Assembly (NCBI RefSeq): GCF_036321535.1
Contig: NC_087439.1
Location: 41,664,001 to 41,728,000 of the forward strand
Length of the DNA stretch: 64,000 nucleotides
Reading direction: 5' to 3'
Origin: Camelus dromedarius
Lineage: Eukaryota
A program made the position numbers and the translations under genes. The notes beneath the pieces are model-generated. The model made no database searches. It had not been told where the DNA came from and saw only the letters and a list, made by a program, of their open reading frames with translations. Below, piece after piece: positions 26,420 to 39,340 of the stretch; within the stretch, counting starts at the first letter, position 1, and each line of letters starts with the position of its first letter.

Positions 26420-27369
26420 GTGCTGTGGACTGAGAATGGGCTTCTGTTTCAGACTCTCCTGTTGATAGCTAAGATTTATGGTTCATTACAGATTAAAAGT
26501 TGCCTCTCAAATTGTTGCCTGGGAAACACTGTCCAGCTATGTTATGATTGGTTCTTTTCCAGTATACAATTAATAACTATAACAAAACCTACCAATAATA
26601 TATTTAGATTCGGAAGTTTCAGCATCATGTCTCTCTGGGGTAGTAAGAAAGCAAGAGTTCAACTGCTGGACTTCTGCTTTGCAGGCACCCTCCCAGCATA
26701 AAAACAATGCAGTGTGAAGACATTAATATTTTCCCAATGAGATGCTTTCACCCCAGGCTTTCCAATTTTTCTGCTGTTAAATTTCAACTGGAGCTACATA
26801 ATGCCCAACTACAATTTTTTTTTTTTGATTCTCAAGATCTTCCTTCAATTTAAACATGTATCTCTTCCCTCTAGTGCCCATACCATTTTTTGTGAAAATA
26901 CAGTCTCTCCTCCAGGCAAGTGAAAGAATTTATCGTAACGTAGGGCTTAGCAGCTGGGTCAGAAGGAGGGTTATTCACCGAGACCTTACTGTGCCACCTC
27001 CAATCACCCCTTCTGGTCCATTGTCACCTACAGAAGGCGTGGGAGTAGATATGTGAACCTCCTTGCAGTACCTCAAAGGCGAATTTACAAAAACAGCCCA
27101 GTGTGTGGTTGCTTGTTGAAAACGTTGAAAAGAAATCTGTTCATCAATCAAAAGAAATCATGTCTTTAAAAAACCTAGTAGACAGGATGGCATCAAGTGT
27201 CAAATCCAGCCTAAGGATAAAGTGTGGAAGCAGAGTTTGATTTCCCTGATATCTAAAGGCTTAAACTTACAGCAGCTGAAATTGTTTGAACAATATTCTT
27301 ATTTTTAAATACCATTTCTTACTATTAAGTTTTATCATAATTGATCTTAATATAAAAATCCTAATATTT

Positions 27370-27810
27370 TAAATTTATATTGTATCAGTAACAGGAAGCA
27401 AAACAGCTGTAAAATATTAAAAAAGCCAAAGTCAAAAATGAAAATCACTTGCTATCTAAGGCCCAAGAGATAACTATTTTTTATGATTTTGATTCTACTT
27501 TTCCAATTATCTTATGCTTATATATATTTAAAATATTGAGCTCATAGTGTGTATATTGCTTTAAACTCACACATAATCCCTTAGTTCCTTTAATTCCTCT
27601 CTAGTCTTCTTCTATACATATTAGTTTTAATTATGTTTGTTTATATTTCTGGTAAATTTTTTTCATTAATTATTATTTTGACATTTTTATTATTTTTATA
27701 TAGTCATAATGATTCTGATTTTAATGGCTGATTTTCTGCTACATTGATGAATATATATTAAGTATATTTAGGTAATTTAAAGTTTTACTTATTGTAAGTG
27801 TGGTTTCTTG
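27370..27810 (-). mobile_element. Old L1ME-like 3'UTR fragment
   Basis: aaaatcacttgctatctaaggcccaagagataactatttt... and AT-rich L1ME wording. Confidence 0.45.
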
Positions 27811-27820
27811 AAATATCTTT

Positions 27821-27928
27821 TTGGGGGTAGATAAATTCAGTTTATTTTAATGAAGGTACTAGGGATTGAACCCACAACCTTGTGCATGCTAAGCATGCAT
27901 TCTACCACTGGACTATACCCTCCCTCCA
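27821..27928 (-). mobile_element. Camelid tRNA-derived SINE (vic-1-like)
   Basis: Reverse strand: ggagggagggtatagtccagtggtagaatgcatgcttagcatgcacaaggttgtgggttcaatccctagtacc..., with A-box (TAGTCCAGTGG), B-box (GGTTCAATCCC) and an A-rich tail. 10-bp TSD aaatatcttt at 27811-27820 and 27929-27938. Confidence 0.9.
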
Positions 27929-29199
27929 AAATATCTTTGTATTTAAAACCTTTATTTTTCCTGTAGTCCATTAAACCATAAATTTATTTCTGCCACCTGG
28001 TTCCACAGTGGCCATAGAATATAGTAAATTAGAGAAATGGGGAAATGGAATAATGTAGCCATAGGCTTCCTAGGTCAAAGAAATATTGTATAAATACCAC
28101 ATAATAAGCATATGTAGACAACGTTAAAAGCACCTCACAGTGAGTGGCTGGGAAACAGTAGCAATGTAATGTTCAATGTTGTCTCAGCCATCATAGTGGC
28201 ATGTTCCATAGATAACTATCAGTAATTAAAGGCAAAGTTCCAAATCTTGCCATGACTTTGAGAGAGTAGCAATAGCTGTGGTATCCATGGTTGTAAGCTA
28301 AAGTTATCAGAAGTCATAATATTCAGATAAAATATATTTACCGTTCTCTGTATTCTTAATCCCACATAAGAATTTCTTAGAATATATAGATAGTTTAATT
28401 GAGACTGTGATCAAAACTTGTTTTTACTGCTTATAAGGCTAATGGCTTTTCTTCAGTGGCATGTTGATGCTCTAAACTAAGACAGGTGTGAAAATGTTCT
28501 TTAGCCTGTGGGCCTGAATTAAGTAGCTCACCTTCTAATACGAAGGAACACATATGCATTATGATCCCATGTGTGTATAACAGTTCATAGTCATATACCA
28601 GTATCATAAGGGTGTATAATTTCCTTCCCTCCAGAGATGAAAATTAGAGGCAAACATGCTTGGATCATGGTTTCATGTAAAAGTGCTCTTTGATAAAAAT
28701 AGACATGAATAATGAATACTAAATAGGAAGCTGACTGTATGAACAAGAAAGAAAACACATGCCTCATTTCAAAGAAGTCACTAGCATTAATAGCAAGCTA
28801 CGGGATTAAGCTCATTAAAACATTTGCCTAAAGGAGAAATCTAATTTATTACTTGTATTTCTTCATGTCATATGATTAATATAAAGCATGGAGGTGGATT
28901 TTGTGATCTGGATCATGATTTTAATCTGCATAGAACAATTTTACATAGTTTTCTTTATGAGTACCACAATTAAGTTCAACTGATGGTATTCCAGATTTGA
29001 AGTTTGATTGTGAAGTTGATTGTTCTTTCTTTACCTTTAATCAGGCTACTGAGAGGAATTCTATACTCTTAAAAATTAGCTGTGACGGAGGAAATTGTGT
29101 ATCTGGGAAATAGGTTTTGTGTATGAGCGCCTCTCCCCAGGCATTGAGCACTCAGAGGTCAAGATGGAATCTTTGCATCCTTAGAACCTTGTACTTTTG

Positions 29200-29520
29200 C
29201 CTGGTCCATGGTAATTATTAAGTATTTACCACTGAATGGCTCTATGTCTAATCTTCCTCTTGTAATTCTAACCTTGTTTACTGGTATCATCATCCATGCT
29301 GTCTTCCAAATTAAAAATCCTGGATTCAGGGTTCCTCTTCACTTCCAGCCTAAGTGTCTGTTGATTTACTTCCTTAATATCTTTCCTCACCATCCCCAGG
29401 GCTGCCACTGTCTTCATTCAGAGCTTTTTAACTTTTTTCTAGGGCCTTTCAACAGTCTCATTTGGTCTCCTTTCTTCCAGACCCTCTCTCCAATTCATTC
29501 TTCTGAGTTACTTAAATAAA
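29200..29520 (+). mobile_element. L2 fragment
   Basis: ctaagtgtctgttgatttacttccttaatatctttcctcacc...ggtctcctttcttccagaccctctctccaattc. Confidence 0.55.
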
Positions 29521-29814
29521 ACACAGTTGTAGTGAAGCCACTTAAATACAAACTGACTCCAAGATTAATTCCAAACATCCCAGAACTAAAAATGCACAAT
29601 CCCACCAAGATCAAATAATCTTAGCATTTTCACAGTGAAATTTTTAGTTTCTTTCACACATACATTAGTCATGCCTCAGAATCTATCTATTCTAGCCCTT
29701 CTGCCCAGGATACTCTTCTTTCCCACAAAAGAATTCCTACGTCCCTTAAGATTTATCTCCCGTGTCTCTTCTTCTGTGAAGCCCATCATGACCACCTTAA
29801 ATAATATGCTTCTG

Positions 29815-30000
29815 TAGAGCCACACTGCATTAAAACCATACTACCTGGGTTTGGTTACTGACTTTTGGTAAATCGCTTAACCAGTCTATGCCTTAGTTGT
29901 CTCATCAATGACATGGAGGCAGTACAAGTAGCTACCTCATAGGCTTGTTGCAGTGGTTATATGAGTCGATGAATACATATGAAATAAAACACTTCAGTCT
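29815..30000 (+). mobile_element. MIR SINE
   Basis: gcttaaccagtctatgccttagttgtctcatc...gtagctacctcataggcttgttg. Confidence 0.75.
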
Positions 30001-30079
30001 TAAGTGATTGATAACTATTAGCTACTTTTATATAGTATTGTTCACTCCTGTCTTTATGTTCTTATATATTCTTCAATTA

Positions 30080-30262
30080 GAGAAGGTATCCTGTTATGTT
30101 ATATCCATCTCTTTGTATCTGTCCCTACCGCTAGATGGAAAGCCACTTAGCTTGCAGAGACTTTTCATCTCTTTAACCTGTCAGAGCACTGAGCCAGGTT
30201 CTGAGCATATAGTATTCAGTAGATGTAAAAATGACTAAAAGTACGAGTGAATGAATGAACTC
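30080..30262 (+). mobile_element. L2 3' tail
   Basis: gctagatggaaagcc...gagcatatagtattcagtagatg...gtgaatgaatgaac. Confidence 0.65.
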
Positions 30263-31467
30263 AGGTAAAGAGTACGCGAAACTGTTTCTGTATGTCTCTG
30301 TTGCACAAATCAAAGTAGATTCAATCTATTAGCCAAGAATCTGTAGACTTGTGTTGATGAAATAAAATATAGGAAACTCTTTTTCTTGTGCCTTGAACCC
30401 AAAAGCAGTGTCAGAGCCCTTTTGTTTATGGTGTAACCTTCCCATTGACATGGAAAAGCCACTGATCCTATTAAATGATTATTTTTTTCCTTATTCTGCC
30501 TGCTCAGTTCATATTTGCTTTTGTATATGCTGCTTGATTCCATATATTTTTGTCCCAGGTTAGACATCTAATTCACATAAGAAAAAATCATTGTAATCAA
30601 CTTTGATGGTCACTAGGAAATAAAGATATCCTTTGTGTTCTCAGAGAGGAGGTTTGTTTCACTTACTCTTTTCTCTTGATAAATGCTGTTTTCTAATACC
30701 TTTGTGGTGATAGAGACTGAAGGAGGCGGGAACCTGGATACTTTCTTCTCTGGGTCATTTTGCATAAAACTTTCTTTACAGCCATGTTCAGATGATTTGT
30801 GTACATATTGTATATGCAGTGGCAGCAATTATAGAGCTATTCCTACCATTTAACCTGTATCATTCTGAGTGCCCGTTCACTGGCCGCTTAACATCTGCTG
30901 CTTTGGTAGTCTAGTAACCAGACAGAATGAGAACTCAAAAGAATTAAACTCCAGTAGGCTTGTTTACTATGACAGGTAATGGTGTGTGGTTTTGGGGGAT
31001 GGGAAGGGGTATTTAAGTCTTGGTTTGCATTATCCAAAATTATCTATTTCTTTAATCTTTGCAGAACTAAGACATATTTGTCTTTTCCCAATTTAGGAAT
31101 TAGATAGCAGAAAAATATAAATAGTCTCCTCTTTGTACTCTAAGGAAGGTCCTATTGTTTCATAATTTTTGCAGCCTCTCAAACACAACATTAACAATAT
31201 TTGATATTAACAATTTCTCAATGTATTTGAAAGTGGACAAACTGAGGCCAATGCAAATCAAAATACCCATGAAATTACTAAATCTGTCTAACAAAACTAG
31301 TTTAGTGATTTCTACTTGTCATATTTGCTTTTTCCACCACCCTCCTAAGATATATTTTCTTTTAATGCACTCATTAGATTCATCCATTTCACTGAATATG
31401 TAGATGAGACTGTCCTTTCATGTACTTTTAAGTTTATTTTGGTATCTGTGTCATACACATGTGAATA

Positions 31468-32005
31468 TGTTCCAGTTATCAGTTGTTGAGTAACTACCAC
31501 AACACTTAGCAGCTTAAAACAGCAACCATTTTATTATATCTTATAAATTCTGTAGGACAAGAATTTGAGAAAAGCTTAGCTCAGCAGTTCTTCTCCACAT
31601 AGTGACAACTAGAATCACTTCATTGTATTCATTTGGTGGGTGGGTAGGTTTGGAGTGTCCAAAATGACTTTACATACATGTTAGGCATCAGGAATGGCTA
31701 GAGCCCTGGGCTTAGGTTGGGCTGTTTGCCCAGAGTGCCTATATGTGGCTCTACATGGCAGCCTTAGGGTAGTTAATCCTCTCTCATGGCAGCTCAGGGC
31801 TCCTGGAAGACTGAAGAGGCCCCAAGAGGCTCAAGTGGAAGCTGCAAAGTTTCTTAGGATCTAACTGTGGAATTTCTGAAACATTACTTCTGCAGTCTCT
31901 GTTGGTTAAGCAAATCATTAAGACTACCTTAGAATAAAGGCAAGGGAAAGGAGATTCAACCTCTTGATGAGAAGGGTAACATAGGAGTATGTAGCTATTA
32001 TATGC
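31468..32005 (-). mobile_element. MaLR solo LTR (MLT1 family)
   Basis: Starts tgttccagttatcagttgttgagtaactaccacaacacttagcagcttaaaacagcaaccattttatt, the reversed MLT1 3' end. Internal catggcagctcagggctcc...gtggaagctgcaaag. Confidence 0.88.
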
Positions 32006-33439
32006 ATATTATATGTATGACATTTGATAAATGATTTTTAATTGCAGTAATGATTTTCAGGTTTTAGGAAATAATACTGAAAATAAAGAAATTGTATTGA
32101 TTATACATAAAATGCATGTTAAGTCAATAAAATATTCAGACTTTACAAAAACATATCCCTACTTTACTACCTCTCCCATAACTTGCACAGCAATTTGTTT
32201 TTAGCTAGACTATAATCTTTTTGGGTACAGTATATATTTCATTTTTATATTTGTAGCACCTGTCTCAGAGCTTGGTACATGGTAAACTTTCAATAAATGT
32301 TTGTTGAATTGAATTGAATTAGTCCTGGATTTTGAGACTGACTTGGCCAACTTATTGACTTCTCTGAACATGTTTGTAAAGAAGGATGAAATGTAGCAAG
32401 AAAATCCAGCCTTATCAAGGGTAAATCCAACAGGAAGTACTGGTATATATATGCCAGTTAATACGGTTCCAGGGAACACGAGTGATGGTGTCAGTATATC
32501 TTCTCCATCTTCCTTCGTGCAGTAGAATTTTCAAAGGATCAACTATTCAGTATGTCTATGCTCACATTATTGCATGAGCTGAATAGCAAACATTCTGAAT
32601 TACTTATGACAAACTTCAGTTATTTTGTAGAAAGGCGGGTCAAACACGATTATTCTGTGATGGTCTCTTTGTGATTAGAGAAAAGCCAAGCTATGGAGTC
32701 AATAGTAAGAGTCAAAATATCATTTTTCAATTCACAGCTTTTAGTATAACAAAATAAAACGTCCTTTTATCTTGGATGGATTTGCTTCTTTAAACTGTGA
32801 TTGTATGTTTTTCAGTTAATTTCAAATTTAAAGAACTCTTGGCTGATGAAATTATTATATAAGCAGAGGCACTGTTGTTCATTGTGTAATGTGAGACTCA
32901 GAAACTCTGCTGCAATACTCTTGTCGTATTGCTGATAGAATTCCAGAATTTTGAACGGAAGGATGGGTATATTTTGTTATTTATTTTAATCCTGAGGCAA
33001 TTTTATGAGATTTGTTTCAAATCACTTGCTAAATTCATTTCTTTTTTCTGCATGTATTAGGGAAAAAATCACCTCTTTCTTCCAAAAGTCCTATCTGTTA
33101 TTATAACTGTTTGTCTCTACTATTAGGATAATGCATTTAAAAATTATTTTAAATAATCATTAGAACTTTACATCGTTTCTTCTCTCTTTACTAATATTAG
33201 ATGATAATTCTTGGTTAAAGCCAACTTAGGAAATTGAAGTGTAAAAATATTGCTGTATATTTCCATGACATGCTTTCCGAAGATTTTTCTGTTCCTGTTT
33301 TGCAGACTTGCCAAGTGAGGCATAAGATGAGAGAGTAACTCACCAAGGTCATTTAAGACAATAGTAGACCTAGAAAGCTTATTACTGTTTCGTGATTGTC
33401 TTTCTAGGTCTTTCCAGTTGTCCACCTTTAACTACCTTT

Positions 33440-34500
33440 TTCAACATGAATGAATTTGATAGGCTTTTATATTTAATACATTAACTTGATAAACTATAGT
33501 CTTTCCATTGGAGACTCATTATTTTACTGATAATTTTTTAAAATTGCTATCTCTATATCCCTTGTGTTTATTTATAGTTCTTTCTTTTTGTAAATTATTT
33601 CTTTACATGCATTCATACAAAATTCACATACATGGATTTTTATTTCTAATTTCACACCCTTTGCCCCTCCCTCTTCCAAGAATTTGGAAATAACTTAGTT
33701 TTTTGCTGATTCTTTCCTTCCATTTGGCAACCATTTTATTTCACTGTTTTTGAAGTGATGCAGTAAGAGAAAAATGGCTGCCTTTTGTTTATTTCCTTGT
33801 ACATTAACAAGATGACATCATCAAAGATATTAGCTAGAATGTACATATCTTCAAGAACCCAGAGGTACACTATCAACCAGAAACACTCTGTTTTCCTTTT
33901 TCTTTTAATGCCCCAAGGTTTTGTAGCTTTAGCATAGCTCTTGTGTGCAGGGGGAAAATGAACATGAGCGTTTTGGAACAAATGCATTAAAATGGTGGCA
34001 TTTAAAACATCTGAATATTTTTTTCAATGTTAAGGAAAAAAACCGTGAAAAGCCATTTATTTAAGTCAAGAAACATTCTAAATCAGTGCTAACACTACAA
34101 AAGAAATAATATAAAGAACGATGTGAAATCGTATTTAGAGACTGGGTACTTAGCCACAAGTTCCTATTCTGGCTTTAAATTAGTTTTAAAAATTTCAATT
34201 GACACAAAAAATTTTTAAGTTATAATTATTTGCAAAAATAACTTTTCACTAATGGAATATAAATTTACTATTTTTAAGATTTATAGATTTACTATTTTTA
34301 AGATTACTATATTATTTATGAACACTATTACAATGTACCATATATCTAACTGTACAAAAATTTTATTTTCTGATCTTCACTATGATGCTTCTGACTTTTT
34401 CTTCTGTGCTCTTTGTTGCATGTTGCATCTATTTGTCACAAGATTTCCATTGAGATCAATAAGCAATAAGCTTTCAATTACCAATTTCAATTTAGATTAT
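33440..34500 (-). mobile_element. Degraded L1ME-like fragments
   Basis: AT-rich L1ME 3'UTR-like wording; boundaries uncertain. Confidence 0.35.
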
Positions 34501-37097
34501 TAAAGAGATAAGTTTATTTTTTTCATCAAATTCCAGTTATTAAATAGCTTTTTCATTTGGAAATCCACAGTCCATTTTCAAATTCTGAGAAGTGATTTTA
34601 GGTAATTATTTTCAAAAATATTTTAGAAAGACAACCTGACTATACATACGTGTATATGTGTATGTATTAATTCAGTATCTATGTAGCAGAAAATTCCTAT
34701 AAATATTGAGTAATCAGTTCTGAAACTACTTGTTAACACTGAAATCAGATAAGGTAAACCATATGCTTTATTGAGGTAAGCTGTCTAAAATAAGTTACTG
34801 CAATTTTAAGAATTAATATGAACCACATGTCCTTTAGATCTTTAAATTGAAATCTTCATTGTTCTTTTAAGTCAGCTGTTCTAGGAATGTGTCATCTTTT
34901 GAGAAGATAAATTAATCATCTACCTCACTTATATACATCAATAAAAGAGACTCACCCTCTCATTTACTTTATCAAAAGTAATTAGAACATCTCTTTTTAT
35001 GCATATATAGTATCTATTAGTGACTGAGATTTTCATTGAGGAGATTTTGAGGAAAACAGCCACTTATCCTTTTAGAATACAACCTCCTCCAAGAAAAAGA
35101 AACACCAGCAATCTAAAGGTTAAAACCTACTGTCAAATCATTCAGTTGAGCAAGGCTCTTTAATAACATTTGTGCAAAAGTACTTTCAGAAAGCAGAAGG
35201 TAGGAAACAGCTCTTTGCTAGTTCCCCTTCTTTAAATTATTATTCAGCCTCTTATTAAAATAAAACCTAGTGAACTTCTTTTGAATGCCTGCTCGAAGCT
35301 TTTTATAATAATAAAAAAAAATCTTGTGAAGGGATTTCCATAAGTTGTTCTGCATTAATGACTTGGAGCAGCTTCCTAATCTGTTATTCCTTCCTCCTAG
35401 CAGACCTCAGCTGATAAAAATATCCATAGACACAGTGAAGTCAGTGGCATGCCTGGCTTTCTCAGACAAAACTCCCATGTGATCACATATAGGCAGCCTC
35501 AGTGAGGCTGATGCCGTGCAGCAAGCAGTAGGTAATGAGTCTTTGTGCAGAGTGAAGCTCTTGTCGCTGAACAATAAAGCATACGGTACCAGCAATAAAA
35601 CACAGGGCTGGCAAATTTCAGAAGATTCCGCTGAACCAGGAAGAACCGTGCCTTCGGTAATGCTGACACACATTATAAAATGATAATCAATTTCTTTTGG
35701 ATTCTAATGAATAAAGAGTGCAAGGACTAAGACTCCAGCTATTTGAACAGGTCAGTGATTTTATAAATTACTCCAACACTTCCTTGTGTTTGATTGGATT
35801 TAAATTAAGATGGGCTGATGTGTGTTTTGCCTTAAATAAAAACTTTGCAAGATATTTACAGCGTGTAATATGAAGGATGCACTTGAATTGACCCAATTAG
35901 ATTACATTGTTGATGTTGTCAGATGTGATAGAGAAACATTTACATGATTATAGTAAACTGAAGTTATTTATCCTATTTAAAAATTTATGGGTTAAAAAAT
36001 CATTCAATAATTTTTAATATTCTATAATGCAGAAATAATATAAAGCAGAACACTACCAATAAATAGCTCACATAAAAAACTTAACATTTACTTTTCCAGT
36101 ACTAAAAAATCCTGTATTGCAATAGTTTATGTATCTTATAAATTGGATGATATATCATTCAAAATTTACCGATGTCTTTCAGTGTACTGCAAGAGGAAGC
36201 TTTGGCACATTTAATTATTTCAATAAAAATTTTGAAAACAAGAAAAATTTTAAATTGCTCATAATGCTATCTTTTAGAACAATGCATTTTATATTTAACT
36301 ATAATATGTTATATCTCTGTATGAATAGGCTATGTGCCTTTTATTTTTTATGTTATTTTTCTTTTGATAGAAAATATTACTGCATTAAACCTTTTATTTC
36401 ATAAATATTATTCATTCACTAATGGAGAAAATAAATCAGCTTAATTTAAAAAAGAAGGGTGGATTAATTATGTGATGATGCATATTTCCATTGACTCACC
36501 ATTTAGAAAAGAATATGTGCCTTCATGGGTATTTATAAAAATACGTACACACATGACCTTCTGTATCTAGAAAATAACCACTTATGAGCAAGAGAATTTA
36601 TGTTTTAAATAGAGAAACTGCTGTGTGTAGGAAGACAAGGGAAGAAATAACTCTAGCAAATAATAGCACAACACTGAACATCTCTGCCAAAGACAGACGA
36701 GCATTTCTGCTGCATGAATCTTTAGATTTAAACACATAGTTTAACTTTGCTCTACATTTTTACTGCCATATTATTTTAAAGGCATCCTGGGACCTAAATT
36801 CTTTACAATTAATTTTTTGGACACCATTTAGAATGATCTTCTCTAAGGCACTAGGGCACATTTAACATTTTACAGAATTACCAGTAACTTCATGCATTTG
36901 TGTAGTGACTCAAATAAATGTATGCTTGTGAGATGCTGTTTAAACCACAACAAAAAGAAATACCCTATGTCCCTGATTATGCGTGCACTATGTATTCCAA
37001 GAGGAAAAAAATAGCTATGTTTCAAAAACAAGAGAAGTTAATGAAAATTTTAAATTGGCCTTCCACATGTATTTAAATGAAGGATTTGACTATTTGG

Positions 37098-37628
37098 GTT
37101 TCCTTGGTTACCGTAGTCGCTGCTGACAGATTCTTTTGGTGGGGAGGGGGGAAAGCAGGACTCTAAAACAAAGAGTTAAAAAAACGGATCCATTAATAGA
37201 CACGGGGGGCGGGGGTTGAGGGGGAGCGCTGATGCCGACAGCCCAGCGGCAGTCCGCGCCCACTCCCGATTGCGTATTCCAGCTCTCCGGTGATTCAGGT
37301 ATTCTGGCAGAGCTGCAGTTCCACAATCCCTTACCCAGCATTCCGTTTCAGCTGCTGGAGGGCTGCCCGAGTCTTATGCAAATGAGACCAGCTCTGAGGC
37401 TTTGCCTGCAGAAGCGAGAGGAGGGGGCAGAAGGGAGTTCAGAGGTCACGGGTCTGGTGGAAAGCTGGATCAGTTCGCTGAAAAAAATGCACTGGGCTCC
37501 TATGCAGCAGTGTTTTGCAGCAGTTACATGAAGTGTGGTTTATTTCTCAGAGTGAAGATTTTACAGCGTGTGTGCCGTAGTCGTTTAAAGTGCACGTAGG
37601 TACGATGGCAGATTTCATGATGCGCCTG
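37098..37628. promoter_or_regulatory. CpG-retaining promoter/enhancer-like element
   Basis: About 24 CpGs counted in ~530 bp against a CpG-depleted background. RFX X-box-like GTTTCCTTGGTTAC (37098-37111), GC box GGGGCGGGGG (37206-37215), perfect octamer ATGCAAAT (37376-37383). No recognisable TE. Confidence 0.7.
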
Positions 37629-39229
37629 ATTTTATTTCTGTAAAAGACATTGATGAGGATTGGCTATTTTAATTCATTGTGGAATTTGGCAGGGTGCTCT
37701 CTGTTTTCAGCGTCCCTTAACTAGTTTATTAAGCCTTCTGAATGTTTTCTCAATTTTAAACATGGGTGTTTTGTTCCAATGGAATAATGTCATGAGAGAA
37801 AAAATTGGATTGGGAGAGAAAAAAATTCCATTTTTTGGAAAGTTTTTTAATTGAAGAGATATCTGGGTTGAAACATCAAGATAAATATCAAGACTTTCAA
37901 CTTTTTAGAGGATTTTCACATTTTAAGAAATGTATTTTAAATAAGAACTGGGTTCCTAGCCTAAGATTTTAGTGAGGTATCTGGAATTAAATAATGGAGT
38001 TCTTTTGTTCATATCCCACACAATATCATAAGGACAGTTTTAATAAGTTATATTTTCATTTCATTTGAAGAGAGGGTTTCAGTTTTGAGAATCTTCATTC
38101 TATATTTTATTGGTAAACACCTTATCAAAGAAATAAATTCTTATTTGGAGGTTATATCCTTTAAATACTTTAGTTTCCATTAATTGTTACTAATTTTTCT
38201 TTGGGACTTTTTAGACAATGCTATTTTGAGCTCAACATGTTCAACTTCCTATGACTTTTCCTTGTAGTCAAGTCTGGACTGTAAAGTGATCCTCATAAAT
38301 GTCACAAGCAGGACAAAAGTCTTTTTCCATGCACTAAATATCACACTTATGTAAAATGTGCAATTACATCATAGTAAAGTCTGACCTGAACCAAACAAAT
38401 GTATACTCACTTTTATTGTTCATGTTGCTTTTTTTATTTCCAAAGCATATTTTAAAATAAACTTAATTAGAAAAGCGTGATCAGACGGTTCATCCATATT
38501 AAAAATTTTAAGTATATCAATTCAGCAGTTACAATGCTGATGGGAAAAAAATGTTATTTCAATTTTCATCAAGTGTGCATCTATCTACATTATAGGTTGT
38601 ATGTATCTGAAAATAAGTTGGAAAGATGAAGAGGCAAAATAGTGTTTTGTCATGAAATAACTGCTTTATGCTTTCATATTTGCATAAGGTCTTTTAAAAT
38701 GAATTATATGAAGCTTACATACAAAGAGCTAGGACATGTTTAGATAAACTTAATTACTTTCTTCTGCACTGAAAAGGGGGTGTTAGTTTTATTATAATGA
38801 TTAAGACTTGGTCGTTTGGCAATAGTATCTTTTATTTTAAAATGGGGGGGAGATGGGGGGTGGGGAGCATGAAAGGCAGACCAAAACAGGAGGAGGGCCA
38901 TTTAAAATGATGAAGGACAATTATTTTAAATATTTATGAAATCACTTCATGGTAGTCATTCAGGGTCAGATTCTCATCCTTTATCACTCTGTGGGGACAT
39001 TGTGACATTTATCCAGGAACCCGAGATTAATTTAGGAAAAGAAATTCATGTTTTGTGTGAGTTTTTTAAACAACGAAAGAACTGCTATTTTCTTCTAAAG
39101 TCTTTTTGGAAACTTTCAATAATGACTAAAACTAAAGGTATATTTTAAATAAATAATTTCCTTTTTATATTGAATGGAAAATACTGCCCTCTGGTCCAAA
39201 CAACGTATTTGTAGACTTTTGTAGACATA

Positions 39230-39340
39230 AATTATATGTATATAATTTATTATGAAATATATATGTATACATATATGTTCTATATGTGTATATTATATAT
39301 AACATAAATAAATTATGTATGAATACATACATACATGTAT
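39230..39340. repeat. AT-rich (TA)n/(TATG)n low-complexity tract
   Basis: Direct inspection. Confidence 0.8.

Noticed and set aside
27821-27928. tRNA gene
   Set aside because: It has A/B boxes but also an A-rich tail and a TSD, and no convincing cloverleaf; it is a tRNA-derived SINE.
35476-35500. Similarity of gtgatcacatataggcagc to miR-489-3p
   Set aside because: The match is gapped and the upstream sequence cannot form the 5' arm of the miR-489 hairpin.
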